NCBI GenBank assembly: GCA_965655095.1
Contig: OZ296656.1
Location: 32,736,001 to 32,800,000, forward strand
Origin: Haplodiscus bocki
Lineage: Eukaryota
Length of the DNA: 64,000 bases
Direction: 5' to 3'
In this document: one piece after another, positions 1 to 12,236 of the stretch
Position numbering within the stretch: the stretch's first letter is position 1
Layout: every line of letters starts with the position of its first letter
Translations under genes and position numbers: made by a program
Notes under the pieces: generated by a model
Database searches by the model: none
What the model was told of the DNA's origin: nothing
Seen by the model: only the letters and a program-made list of their open reading frames with translations

Positions 1-3000
1 CTGATATGATTCAAATCTCAATCAGATTTGGATAAACTTTCGAAATGCGCACAATAAAGAAAATCCGCCACTTAACTTTAATAATTCTTCGATGCCGTCT
101 TCCAACTCAATCACAGTTTCAAAACAAATATGAATTTTTCGGGTGTTTTTGATTGTATCAAAAAACTAGTGTTTCCGAAATTCACAATGCCAATCTGCAC
201 TCAATTTTTTTAATCATTGCTGCATTAATGAAAAAAAATTCTTTTAATGCCCAACTGATTTGACTCCCCCGCTGTCATAAATTGCTGACTGAACCTAATC
301 CATTAGATTTTAACAAGCCGTTAACCGCTCAACTAATCGTCGGCTACGGCGTGTATTTTTTGTCAGCAGGGCTGCGGTTGTTAGCAGAAAAGATCCAAAC
401 GTTTTTCGTCAAACAGACGAGTACTTTCTTTGGCTTATTAGAAATCTGTCACAAAACTACGTTTCCTGGCTGATGAGCGAATTTTTTTGTCTCTTAGCGC
501 AAACTTTACATTGCTGTGGACCAACGACCCCATAAGGATTAGATAAGATTTTAATATATGCCATAAAGTGATCTATGGTACGTCTTGGAACGTCTTTGAT
601 ACGTTCTAAGTATCTATTGTATGCAGAAAAATTACAGAGTGAGGTCTGTCATCTCAAAAGTTTTTTTATCACTTGAAAGTGATTAAAAGGGACCGCGCGT
701 TCAGTCCAAAGTCGTAACTGGAGAAATATTGCCAAACAAATTGAAGTATTTCAACAAAATTCCCATGTACAACGAGATTGTGGTCAACTTTTATACACTA
801 GACCACAATTAGGACACTTTCTCTTCGCTGCTTGTTTTTTGATGTTTGCAACTACCAAAAAATTTAGAGGCGCTCTTTACACGTACAAAATCAGAATAAG
901 GGATTAGATACAACCACGTTCGAGCAATTCTTTGCCATTTTCGTTCGTTCCGAGAGAAGCACTTTAACAATCTTAGACGATGTTGCATGGGAGCAATAGA
1001 GAAAATTGGTCTGACTGTCTTTAGTTATCCCAGTTGATGATTACGGGAGATTTTTTTTCGGGTGTGATTTGACCGGGGAGATAGGGTTTTGTAATTCATA
1101 GTTGGATTGGGTGTGTGGTTTCGACTCAGGATCGTTTTGTCAATTGATCCCAATCGTACAGTTGAAACTGATCTTGGACCTTGTTTAGAGTTTTGGTTAA
1201 TCCAAATTAACACGCTGTTCACCGATATCGATTCTAAATTGACGCTGCTGGAAATCGCTTGGAAAACATTTAGAACGCCAGAACTAAATTTTTTCATAGA
1301 ATTTAAGGCTAGTGTGTTGAAAACTGAAACTTTCTCGGGAGGTACAAACTCCCTCGGGCTTTGCGTCCTAAATCTTATCCACCTTTCTATCACAAGATTT
1401 TTGATATTTGTTTTCGCAAAACTTTTTGGATTCAAAGGAGAAATTGTTACGCGATAGTTTTCTTATCTGCTTTTTTGCCTAAATTTGACTATTGGAAAAC
1501 GGGTATCACATTTTTTTGTCATCTAAATTTTTCAGATGCTAAAATTTTTGGAATTCCCATTACAGTAATTTTTCAAACTGACGAAATTGAATGTGACCTC
1601 ACGCAGCCTGATATGATTCAAATCTCAATCAGATTTGGATAAACTTTCGAAATGCGCACAATAATGGAAATCCGCCACTTAACTTTAATAATTCTTCGAT
1701 GCCGTCTTTCAACTCAATCACAGTTTTAAAACAAATATGAATTTTTCGGGTATCTTTGATTGTACCAAAAAACTAGTGTTTCCGAAATTCACAATGCCAA
1801 TCTGCACTCAATTTTTTTATTCATTGCTGCATTAATGAAAAAAAAATTCTTTTAATCCCCAACTGATTTGACTCCCCCGCTGTCATAAATTGCTGACTGA
1901 ACCTAATCCATTAGACTTTACCAAGCCGTTAACCGCTCAACTAATCGTCGGCTACGGCGTGTAATTTTTTGTCTGTAGGGCTGCGGTTGTTAGCAGAAAA
2001 GATCCAAACGTTTTTGGTCAAACAGACGAGTACTTTCTTTGGCTTATTAGAAATCTGTCACAAAACTACGTTTCCTGGCTGATGAGCGAATTTTTTTGTC
2101 TCTTAGCGCAAACTTTACATTGCTGTGGACCAACGACCCCATAAGGATTAGATAAGATTTTAATATATGCCATAAAGTGATCTATGGTACGTCTTGGAAC
2201 GTCTTTGATACGTTCTAAGTATCTATTGTATGCAGAAAAATTACAGAGTGAGGTCTGTCATCTCAAAAGTTTTTTTATCACTTGAAAGTGATTAAAAGGG
2301 ACCGCGCGTTCAGTCCAAAGTCGTAACTGGAGAAATATTGCCAAACAAATTGAAGTATTTCAACAAAATTCCCATGTACAACGAGATTGTGGTCAACTTT
2401 TATACACTAGACCACAATTAGGACACTTTCTCTTCGCTGCTTGTTTTTTGATGTTTGCAACTACCAAAAAATTTAGAGGCGCTCTTTACACGTACAAAAT
2501 CAGAATAAGGGATTAGATACAACCACGTTCGAGCAATTCTTTGCCATTTTCGTTCGTTCCGAGAGAAGCACTTTAACAATCTTAGACGATGTTGCATGGG
2601 AGCAATAGAGAAAATTGGTCTGACTGTCTTTAGTTATCCCAGTTGATGATTACGGGAGATTTTTTTTCGGGTGTGATTTGACCGGGGAGATAGGGTTTTG
2701 TAATTCATAGTTGGATTGGGTGTGTGGTTTCGACTCAGGATCGTTTTGTCAATTGATCCCAATCGTACAGTTGAAACTGATCTTGGACCTTGTTTAGAGT
2801 TTTGGTTAATCCAAATTAACACGCTGTTCACCGATATCGATTCTAATTTGACGCTGCTGGAAATCGCTTGGAAAACATTTAGAACGCCAGAACTAAATTT
2901 TTTGATAGAATTTAAGGCTAGTGTGTTGAAAACTGAAACTTTCTCGGGAGGTACAAACTCCCTCGGGCTTTGCGTCCTAAATCTTATCAACCTTTCTATC

Positions 3001-6000
3001 ACAAGATTTTTGATATTTGTTTTCGCAAAACTTTTTGGATTCAAAGGAGAAGTTGTTACGCGATAGTTTTCTTATCTGCTTTTTTGCCTAATTTTGACTA
3101 TTGGAAAACGGGTATCACATTTTTTTGTCATCTAAATTTTTCAGGTGCTAAAATTTTTGGAATTCCCATTACAGTAATTTTTCAAACTGACGAAATTGAA
3201 TGTGACCTCACGCAGCCTGATATGATTCAAATCTCAATCAGATTTGGATAAACTTTGGAAATGCGCACAATAATGGAAATCCGCCACTTAACTTTAATAA
3301 TTCTTCGATGCCGTCTTTCAACTCAATCACAGTTTTAAAACAAATATGAATTTTTCGGGTATCTTTGATTGTACCAAAAAACTAGTGTTTCCGAAATTCA
3401 CAATGCCAATCTGCACTCACTTTTTTTATTCATTGCTGCATTAATGAAAAAAAATTCTTTTAATCCCCAACTGATTTGACTCCCCCGCTGTCATAAATTG
3501 CTGACTGAACGTAATCCATTAGACTTTAACAAGCCGTTAACCGCTCAACTAATCGTCGGCTACGGCGTGTAATTTTTTGTCAGTAGGGCTGCGGTTGTTA
3601 GCAGAAAAGATCCAAACGTTTTTGGTCAAACAGACGAGTACTTTCTTCGGCTTATTAGAAATCTGTCACAAAACTACGTTTCCTGGCTGATGAGCGAATT
3701 TTTTTGTCTCTTAGCGCAAACTTTACATTGCTGTGGACCAACGACCCCATAATGATTAGATAAGATTTTAATATATGCCATAAAGTGATCTATGGTACGT
3801 CTTGGAACGTCTTTGATACGTTCTAAGTATCTATTGTATGCAGAAAAATTACAGAGTGAGGTCTGTCATCTCAAAAGTTTTTTTTATCACTTGAAAGTGA
3901 TTAAAAGGGACCGCGCGTTCAGTCCAAAGTCGTAACTGGAGAAATATTGCCGAACAAATTGAAGTAATTCAACAAAATTCCCATGTACAACGAGACTGTG
4001 GTCAACTTTTATACACTAGACCAAAATTAGGACACTTTCTCTTCGCTGCTAATTTTTTGATGTTTGCAACTACCAAAAAATTTAGAGGCGCTCTTCACAC
4101 GTACAAAATCAAAATAAGGGATTAGATACAACCACGTTCGAGGTAATTCTTTGCCATTTTCGTTTGTTCCGAGAGAAGCACTATAACAATCTTAGACGAT
4201 GTTGCATGGGAACAATAGAGAAAATTGGTCTGACTGTCTTTAGTTATCCCAGTTGATGATTACGGGAGAATTTTTTTCGGGTGTGATTTGACCGGGGATA
4301 TAGGGTTTTGTAATTCATAGTTGGATTGGGTGTGTGGTTTCGACTCAGGATCGTTTTGTCAATTGATCCCAATCGTACAGTTGAAACTGATCTTGGAACT
4401 TGTTTAGAGTTTTGGTTAATCCAAATTAACATGCTGTTCACCGATATCGATTCTAAATTGACGCTGCTGGAAATCGCTTGGAAAACATTTAGAACGCCAG
4501 AACTAAATTTTTTCATAGAATTTAAGGCTAGTGTGTTGAAAACTGAAACTTTCTCGGGAGGTACAAACTCCCTCGGGCTTTGCGTCCTAAATCTTATCAA
4601 CCTTTCTATCACAAGATTTTTGATATTTGTTTTCGCAAAACTTTTTGGATTCAAAGGAGAGGTTGTTACGCGATAGTTTTCTTATATGCTTTTTTGCTTA
4701 ATTTTGACTATTGGAAAACAGGTGTCACATTTTTTTGTCATCTAAGTTTTTCAGGTGCTAAAATTTTGGAATTCCCACTACAGTAAATTTTCAAACTGAT
4801 GAAATTGAATGTGACCTCACGCAGCCTGATATGATTCAAATCTCAATTAGATTCGGATAAATTTTCGAAATGCGCACAATAACGAAAATCCGCCACTTAA
4901 CTTTAATAATTCTTCGATGCCGTCTTTCAACTCAATCACAGTCTTAAAACAAATATGAATTTTTCGGGTATTTTTGGTTGTACCAAAAAACTAGTGTTTC
5001 CGAAAATCACAATGCCAATCTGCACTCAATTTTTTTATTCATTGCTGCATTAATGAAAAAAATTCTTTTAATCGCCAACTGATTTGACTCCCCCGCTGTC
5101 ATAAATTGCTGACTGAACCTAATCCATCAGACTTTAACAAGCCGTTAACCGCTCAACTAATCGTCGGCTACTGCGTGTAATTTTTTGTCATTAGAGTTGC
5201 GGTTGTTAGCAGAAAAGATCCAAACGTTTTTGCTCAAAGAGACGAGTAATTTCTTCGGCTTATTAGAAATCTGTCACAAAACTACGTTTCCTGGCTGATG
5301 AGCTAAATTTTTTGTCTCTTAGCGCAAACTTTACATTGCTGTGGACCAACGACCACATAAGGATGAGATATGATTGTAATATATGCCATAAAGTGATCTA
5401 TGGTACGTCTTGGAACGTCTTTGATACGTTCTAAGAACCTATTGTATGCAGAAAAATTACAGAGTGAGGTCTGTCATCTCAAAAGTTTTTTTATCACTTG
5501 AAAGTGATTAAAAGGTACCGCGCGTTCAGTCCAAAGTCGTAACTGGAGAATTATTGCCAAACAAATTGAAGTATTTCAACAAAATTCCCATGTACAACGA
5601 GATTGTGGTCAACTTTTATACACTAGACCACAATTAGGACACTTTCTCTTCGCTGCTTGTTTTTTGATGTTTGCAACTACCAAAAAATTTAGAGGCGCTC
5701 TTTACACGTACAAAATCAAAATAAGGGATTAGATACAACCACGTTCGAGGTAATTCTTTGCCATTTTCGTTTGTTCCGAGAGAAGCACTTTAACAATCTT
5801 AGACGATGTTGCATGGGAGCAATAGAGAAAATTGGTCTGACTGTCTTTAGTTATCCCAGTTGATGATTACGGGAGATTTTTTTTCGGGTGTGATTTGACC
5901 GGGGAGATAAGGTTTTGTAATTCATAGTTGGATTGGGTGTGTGGTTTCGACTCAGGATCGTTTTGTCAATTGATCCCAATCGTACAGTTGAAACTAATCT

Positions 6001-7803
6001 CGGACCTTGTTTAGAGTTTTGGTTAATCCAAATTAACACGCTGTTCACCGATATCGATTCTAATTTGACGCTGCTGGAAATCGCTTGGAAAACATTTAGA
6101 ACGCCAGAACTAAATTTTTTCATAGAATTTAAGGCTAGTGTGTTGAAAACTGAAACTTTCTCGGGAGGTACAAACTCCCTCGGGCTTTGCGTCCTAAATC
6201 TTATCAACCTTTCTATCACAAGATTTTTGATATTTGTTTTCGCAAAACTTTTTGGATTCAAAGGAGAAGTTGTTACGCGATAGTTTTCTTATCTGCTTTT
6301 TTGTTTAATTTTGACTATTGGAAAACGGGTATCACTTTTTTTGTCATCTAAATTTTTCAGGTGCTAAAATTTTGGAATTCCCACTACAGTAATTTTTCAA
6401 ACTGACGAAATTGAATGTGACCTCACGCAGCCTGATATGATTCAAATCTCAATCAGATTTGGATAAACTTTCGAAATGCGCACAATAATGGAAATCCGCC
6501 ACTTAACTTTAATAATTCTTCGATGCCGTCTTTCAACTCAATCACAGTTTTAAAACAAATATGAATTTTTCGGGTATTTTTGGTTGTACCAAAAAACTAG
6601 TGTTTCCGAAATTCACAATGCCAATCTGCACTCAATTTTTTTATTCATTGCTGCATTAATGAAAAAAATTCTTTTAATCCCCAACTGATTTGACTCCCCC
6701 GCTGTCATAAATTGCTGACTGAACCTAATCCATTAGACTTTAACAAGCCGTTAACCGCTCAACTAACCGTCGGATACTGCGTGTAATTTTTTGTCAGTAG
6801 GGCTGCGGTTGTTAGCAGAAAAGATCCAAAAGTTTTTGGTCAAAGAGACAAGTACCTTCTTCGGCTTAATAGAAATCTGTCACAAAACTACGTTTCCTGG
6901 CTGATGAGCTAAATTTTTTGTCTCTTAGCGCAAACTTTACATTGCTGTGGACCAACGACCACATAAGGATGAGATATGATTGTAATATATGCCATAAAGT
7001 GATCTATGGTACGTCTTGGAACGTCTTTGATACGTTCTAAGAACCTATTGTATGCAGAAAAATTACAGAGTGAGGTCTGTCATCTCAAAAGTTTTTTTAT
7101 CACTTGAAAGTGATTAAAAGGGACCGCGCGTTCAGTCCAAAGTCGTAACTGGAGAATTATTGCCAAACAAATTGAAGTATTTCAACAAAATTCCCATGTA
7201 CAACGAGATTGTGGTCAACTTTTATACACTAGACCACAATTAGGACACTTTCTCTTCGCTGCTTGTTTTTTGATGTTTGCAACTACCAAAAAATTTAGAG
7301 GCGCTCTTTACACGTACAAAATCAAAATAAGGGATTAGATACAACCACGTTCGAGGTAATTCTTTGCCATTTTCGTTTGTTCCGAGAGAAGCACTTTAAC
7401 AATCTTAGACGATGTTGCATGGGAGCAATAGAGAAAATTGGTCTGACTGTCTTTAGTTATCCCAGTTGATGATTACGGGAGATTTTTTTTCGGGTGTGAT
7501 TTGACCGGGGAGATAAGGTTTTGTAATTCATAGTTGGATTGGGTGTGTGGTTTCGACTCAGGATCGTTTTGTCAATTGATCCCAATCGTACAGTTGAAAC
7601 TAATCTCGGACCTTGTTTAGAGTTTTGGTTAATCCAAATTAACATGCTGTTCACCGATATCGATTCTAAATTGACGCTGCTGGAAATCGCTTGGAAAACA
7701 TTTAGAACGCCAGAACTAAGTTTTTTCATAGAATTTAAGGCTAGTGTTGTTGTTGTTGTTAATGTGAATTCCCGTAAAGGAGGGATTTCTCCCGGTAGAG
7801 TTT

Positions 7804-10652
7804 TTAAAATATCGTGCACAGATTTCTGAACTTTTGACAATCGCAACACAATTGCCAGGTGCAGACGTTTGAAGATGAGAACTTCTTCTCCACAAATTCC
7901 CATATGAGTTTAATTAATCTAGCTTTTAAGTTTTTCGCTTCGTGGAACTTTATTTTCTCGTCTATTTTGTTGGCTAGTCTGCATGTTCGAAAGATAAATT
8001 CACTTCGTCTTTTCTCCGTTCGTGTCTTCTTTAGAGAAAAAATTTCTTTTCTTCTCGTGCTATTCTCGGCTTTACTAAGATTGTGCGGTAGTATTGATTT
8101 CAATTCGTTGTCCTCGTCTTGGCAGATTTTCGAGAGGAAGAGAAGATCGTTTAATTGCAAGAAAATCGGAAGTGGTAGGAGATTTAGTAGACGCAGTTTT
8201 TCAACGTAGCTTCTGGTTGAGTCGCCGCAGATCCATTTGACAACTTTTCTTTGGAACTGTTCGAGAGTGAGTAGGTCAGTCCGAGATACTTTGACGCAAT
8301 GAAAACCGTACAGCAAAATTGGTAGAACAATAGACTTGTAGAGACCAAGTTTCACGAAGGTGTTGACTGAGTATGCTATGTTTCTCCTGAGCAAGTAGAG
8401 AACTTTGTTAGATTTTTTCAGTCTCTCGTTTATGTGGCATGTCCAGCTGAGATCGTTCTTGATGAAAACTCCGAGGTCTTTGATGACGTTAACCTTCTCT
8501 AGTTTTTGTTTGTAAAGCGATAGATTTCCGTCACTGCCTTTTAGTGTGAGCATTCCGCATTTTTCAATGGCAAGTTTCATCTGATTTAATTCAACCCATT
8601 TTTCAATTGAGGAGAGGTCCGATTGTGCGTCTAACTGGTTTTGGCCAGTGTAGAGGAGTTTCAGATCGTCTGCAAAGATGTAGGGTTGGCTGAAACGTAG
8701 AGCATCGGGAAGATCATTGATGAAGTTGCAGTAGAGAAGGGGACCAAGAAGTGATCCTTGAGGGACCCCGCTTGTTACGTCAAGTAGATTAGAACAGTGG
8801 TTTCCAATTCTGACACATTGTTTCCGATTGTCTAAATAGTCGTAAAGCAGATCCAATTAACAGCCTCCGACTTCTATGGAGCAGAGTTTGTTTAACAAGT
8901 GCTGATGTGGTACTCGGTCAAAGGCCTTGGAGAAATCAGCATAGAAAGCTACGATGTAGTCATCGGTGTTCCTGTCCAAAGCTTCATGAATGTCTTTCAG
9001 GAACCTTAACATGTTGCTGTAAACTGATCGTCCACGTACGAAACCATGTTGATGCCTTGATAGGTAGGATGCAAAGTGTTTGTATAGCGGCTCGTACATG
9101 CATTTCTCAAAAATTTTTTCATCAATATCGAGAAGTGAGATACCTCTGTAATTCTCAACGAGTTTTCTGTCGTCTTTTTTGTAAATGGGTGAAACGGCAG
9201 CTGTTTTCCAGCTCGATGGCATTTTACGTAAACGTTTGATGTTCTTGAACAGTACATTCAGGGTTTTGCTCATTTCACGATTTGTATATTTTTAGATCAC
9301 AGGAGGTTTACCATTTGGCCCTCTCGATTTTGATATATCGAGGTCTGATATGAAAATACTGATAGTTTTTACTGATATAGAGAAGTTTGATAGAGAAGAA
9401 GTCTGATAATTGAGTTCTGATTTGCTGAAGTGCGTTTTTGCCGCGAAAACTGAATTGAAGAACTCGTTGAAAAGTTTTGCTTTCTGTTGATCAGTTTCTG
9501 CAGAACGCCCGTTTAATTCGACCACCAGTGGGATGATTGCCGATTTGTTGAGGTGTTTTAGGTGCTTGAAGATCCTGTGAGTTGACTTGGATCCCAATAA
9601 TTTGTTTTGGTAGTCAATTGGATCTTGTTCGCAGAGTTCAGTAACCATGTTTTCGAGTTGGCAAACATAAGATTTTCTGGAGCTTGTCGGGCGTGTGGAT
9701 AATAGTCGTTTCTGTGTTTCAAGTTTATTCAATTCCTGCGAGGTGCTCGGTTGAATCCAGGGAGGCAGAGTTTGTCGGTGACTTGTTCTTGTGGGAACGT
9801 GTAAATCGGACAACCAGTCAAGGTAGTCAATGTACTCAGCATACATGTTGTCAATGTTAGTGAAGCATACAGGTGTAAACGGAGTGCCTTCTATTTCTTC
9901 AATCATTGATTTATAGTCACCTGATCCGTAGCTTTTGTATTTTTCTCGAACCGGATTGTACTCTGTGAAACGGAAGTTCACACACGTTTTAATTGCTAAG
10001 TGGTCAGAGCAATTGAAAGTTTTATCGAATTTTTGATCGTTTTCAGAAAAGACTGTGCAATTTTGGTAGAAAAACACGTCCAGTGTGTTGGAGTTGCAAG
10101 TTGGAAAGTTGATGGATTGCTTTAGCAGTCTGCTTTCGAACAGTTCAATTAACTCGGCTTCCTCCTCATCAAAAGTTGTCCAAGAGTCCCAGTTTGTGTT
10201 CGGGAAGTTTAAATCCCCACATACAAGTACTATGTTCTTCTTTGGCAGCTCGCGTAGAATTTCCCGGAAGTGATTCATTGTGTAACGGTAGGGACTTGTT
10301 TTCGGAGGATTGTAGAACGAGCATATGTAGATTTCAACACCTTCGATTTTTACTTTGCAAAGAACGCAACTATCGACTTCCTTCGTTTTTAAGCGGTGTG
10401 AGCTGAGGGTGTTTTTGACTGCGATTAGCGCTCCCCCGTGCGTGTTGGTAGACTGGTGTTTGCGATCTTGTCTATATATGTTGAAATTACTAAGAAAGAG
10501 TTCAGAGTCGTTGATTTGTTCGTTTAGCCAAGTTTCACACACACAAACACTATATTGTACGCGCCCGTTTGTATAGCGTTTGCCAGTTTGTGACGTCGTT
10601 CAAAATTGACTAAATTTCTTGCATTGATTTGAAGGTTATTGAGCGAAGATAG
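7804..10652 (-). pseudogene. LINE ORF2 (APE endonuclease + reverse transcriptase), ~948 aa when repaired
   Basis: LQINARNL, FVCETWL, GDLNFP, SDH (APE); SRGPNG, NYRGISLL, QHGF, DFSKAFDRV, GVPQGSLLGP, FADD (RT); C-terminal CTWQLCCDC. Lesions: extra TG in a (TG)n run near 10536-10546 and in-frame TAA at 9292-9294 and 8857-8859. Confidence 0.93.
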
Positions 10653-11546
10653 TCATCTGGTAGCGGGCGCTCCCGTCTCCAGTTCAATCTTCACTTCGTT
10701 ATTGAAGAGCTCAAAGTTGCGTATTTTGAGCTTTTCTCTCGGTACACCTTCTTCTAGAAGTTCTCTTCGTTTTTTCAGCCATAGACTCTCTTTAATAGCT
10801 TCATCATTTGATAAGGCTTGTGAGATGAAAACATTTTGTGATTTTAGCTCATTTCGTCTTTCCACACTTTTGGCTAACACCAATCGTACCTCGTGAGATG
10901 TGGTGCGTGTTACCAGCAGGGTGCGGGGTTTGGTTCTATCCTTGTTGAATTTCCCTAACCGTTTCATTTCAAATACTTGGGGGTTGACGCCTAGGCACTT
11001 CAGCACTTCATTTACTTTCTCGTTTGTTGGGATGAGATTTTCGTTTCGTGATTTTTCCGGATCTTCGCTGATCCCTTGTATTCTAAAACTTCTTTCAGTG
11101 TTGTGCGTGTTTTCGATGACACTAGCGTTTGTTTCTGTTCCAGGAGGAATAGCTGCTTTTGTTGCGTTTTTGGCTGCGATAGTGGCATAGTTTTCTTCGA
11201 CTTTTTGACAAGTTCGCGTGATGCCTTCTTGTACCTCTCGGTCTACTAACTTAGCTAGGTTGTTTTCAATCTTGTTCAGTTTCTCGTTTATATCAAGCTT
11301 CTCAAGTTTTTCTTCAATCTTCAAATCACATCTATTGCGGATGAAATTGTCTCTCTCGTTGTTTTCGACACAAGTATTGCAAAGCAGCATTGCTAGTTGG
11401 TCGAGTTCTTTTATTCCGTTTATGGCGACCGTGCTTAGACCATTACATGTCGGGTCTAGATGCATTTGGCAACCGCAAGCGACGCATTTGTGAGACTTTT
11501 TATTAGCATTGATGGTTCGTTTACAAGTCTTACAGGGACGAGACAT
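10653..11546 (-). CDS. LINE ORF1p: PHD finger, coiled coil, RRM-like/CTD (297 aa, intact)
   Basis: CxxC..CxxC..H..C..CxxC (C4HC3) at the N-terminus; heptad-rich IEEKLEKLDINEKLNKIENNL; SFRIQGISE..RLGK..PRTLLV..VFIS, typical of CR1/L2 ORF1. Confidence 0.9.
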   Translation of the reverse strand: MSRPCKTCKRTINANKKSHKCVACGCQMHLDPTCNGLSTVAINGIKELDQLAMLLCNTCVENNERDNFIRNRCDLKIEEKLEKLDINEKLNKIENNLAKLVDREVQEGITRTCQKVEENYATIAAKNATKAAIPPGTETNASVIENTHNTERSFRIQGISEDPEKSRNENLIPTNEKVNEVLKCLGVNPQVFEMKRLGKFNKDRTKPRTLLVTRTTSHEVRLVLAKSVERRNELKSQNVFISQALSNDEAIKESLWLKKRRELLEEGVPREKLKIRNFELFNNEVKIELETGAPATR

Positions 11547-11648
11547 TTCTGAAAACCACTCTAATCCTCGAAGCCCGTATTCAAACGGAGCCTGTCAGAT
11601 CAAAGTGAATTCAAAAAATGGTTTGCAGCCAAAAACTCACAAGCTAGA

Positions 11649-12236
11649 CTAGGCCGATTTTATTGCTTTATCTCGTGATTTCTTTGATGGTCTGGTATGT
11701 CGTTTTATCAGCTTTTGTAATTCGCAACCAAAGTTAAGAATAGTCTGCAGTAGATGAATCTCTAGGAAGGGTTTGATATGAAGCTTACGGTACTGGTTGG
11801 GAAGATCGCTCTTCTGTTTCTTCTTGGTCAATGTGTTTCTGATAACGTCCATTGTTGGGATGCAGGTGGACTTCAATTCTCTGTATGCGTTTGGTGCAAG
11901 AACAAGTGGATTTTTGCTCACCTCGCGTTGGTTATACACAATGCCGATAAGATTTGGAACTGAACTGACCTTCTCGACCAGTTGCTCGGGAGTAAGGGGG
12001 GTACGTTTGATTTGAGGATGACTGGTAATAGAGTTGTTGAGCACGTCGTGCCTCAGAATGATACCTTCACCTCTGGGGACTGATCGAAGAATGTGACGAA
12101 CCTGCTTTTCACGATCGGCTTGAGGGTTGAAGCTCAATCCAGGAGTTGCTTTGATTCGTCTGCCCAGTCTTCGTTTGATGTTTGGATAGCGATCAATTGA
12201 ATGGCTCAGACTGCTGGCTCCAATAAACACTACCAT
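11649..12236 (-). CDS. LINE extra upstream ORF (ORF0), putative SGNH/GDSL-esterase-like protein, 195 aa from ATG 12236
   Basis: Uninterrupted ORF inside the TSD-defined element. VVFIGASS (GDS-like block I), PGLS, IILRHDVLNNS and KLH occur in SGNH-like order. Fold assignment is inference; the frame is also open upstream to the element's 5' end. Confidence 0.6.
   Translation of the reverse strand: MVVFIGASSLSHSIDRYPNIKRRLGRRIKATPGLSFNPQADREKQVRHILRSVPRGEGIILRHDVLNNSITSHPQIKRTPLTPEQLVEKVSSVPNLIGIVYNQREVSKNPLVLAPNAYRELKSTCIPTMDVIRNTLTKKKQKSDLPNQYRKLHIKPFLEIHLLQTILNFGCELQKLIKRHTRPSKKSRDKAIKSA

Noticed and set aside
1025-7829. Repeated 136-aa (-), 116-aa (+) and 93-aa (+) ORFs in each tandem unit
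   Set aside because: They overlap on both strands, mostly use non-ATG starts and show no recognisable domain; the 93-aa ORF is frameshifted in some units. Their persistence follows from DNA identity.
8857-9294. Further programmed readthrough at the two internal ORF2 stops
   Set aside because: Both are TAA in non-leaky contexts within conserved RT-region sequence, most simply single-base nonsense mutations.
10536-10546. Programmed frameshift in the APE domain
   Set aside because: The shift lies in a (TG)n run and removing one TG restores FVCETWL; slippage or a sequencing error is simpler.
10651-10656. Selenocysteine UGA or AUGA stop-start coupling at the ORF1/ORF2 junction
   Set aside because: The 43-nt 3' UTR is too short for a SECIS, and the overlapping AUG frame ends after 6 codons (MTIFAQ*).
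7859-12015. Plus-strand ORFs over the LINE, and antisense ORFs over the four genes
   Set aside because: They are shadow frames of real coding sequence on the other strand.
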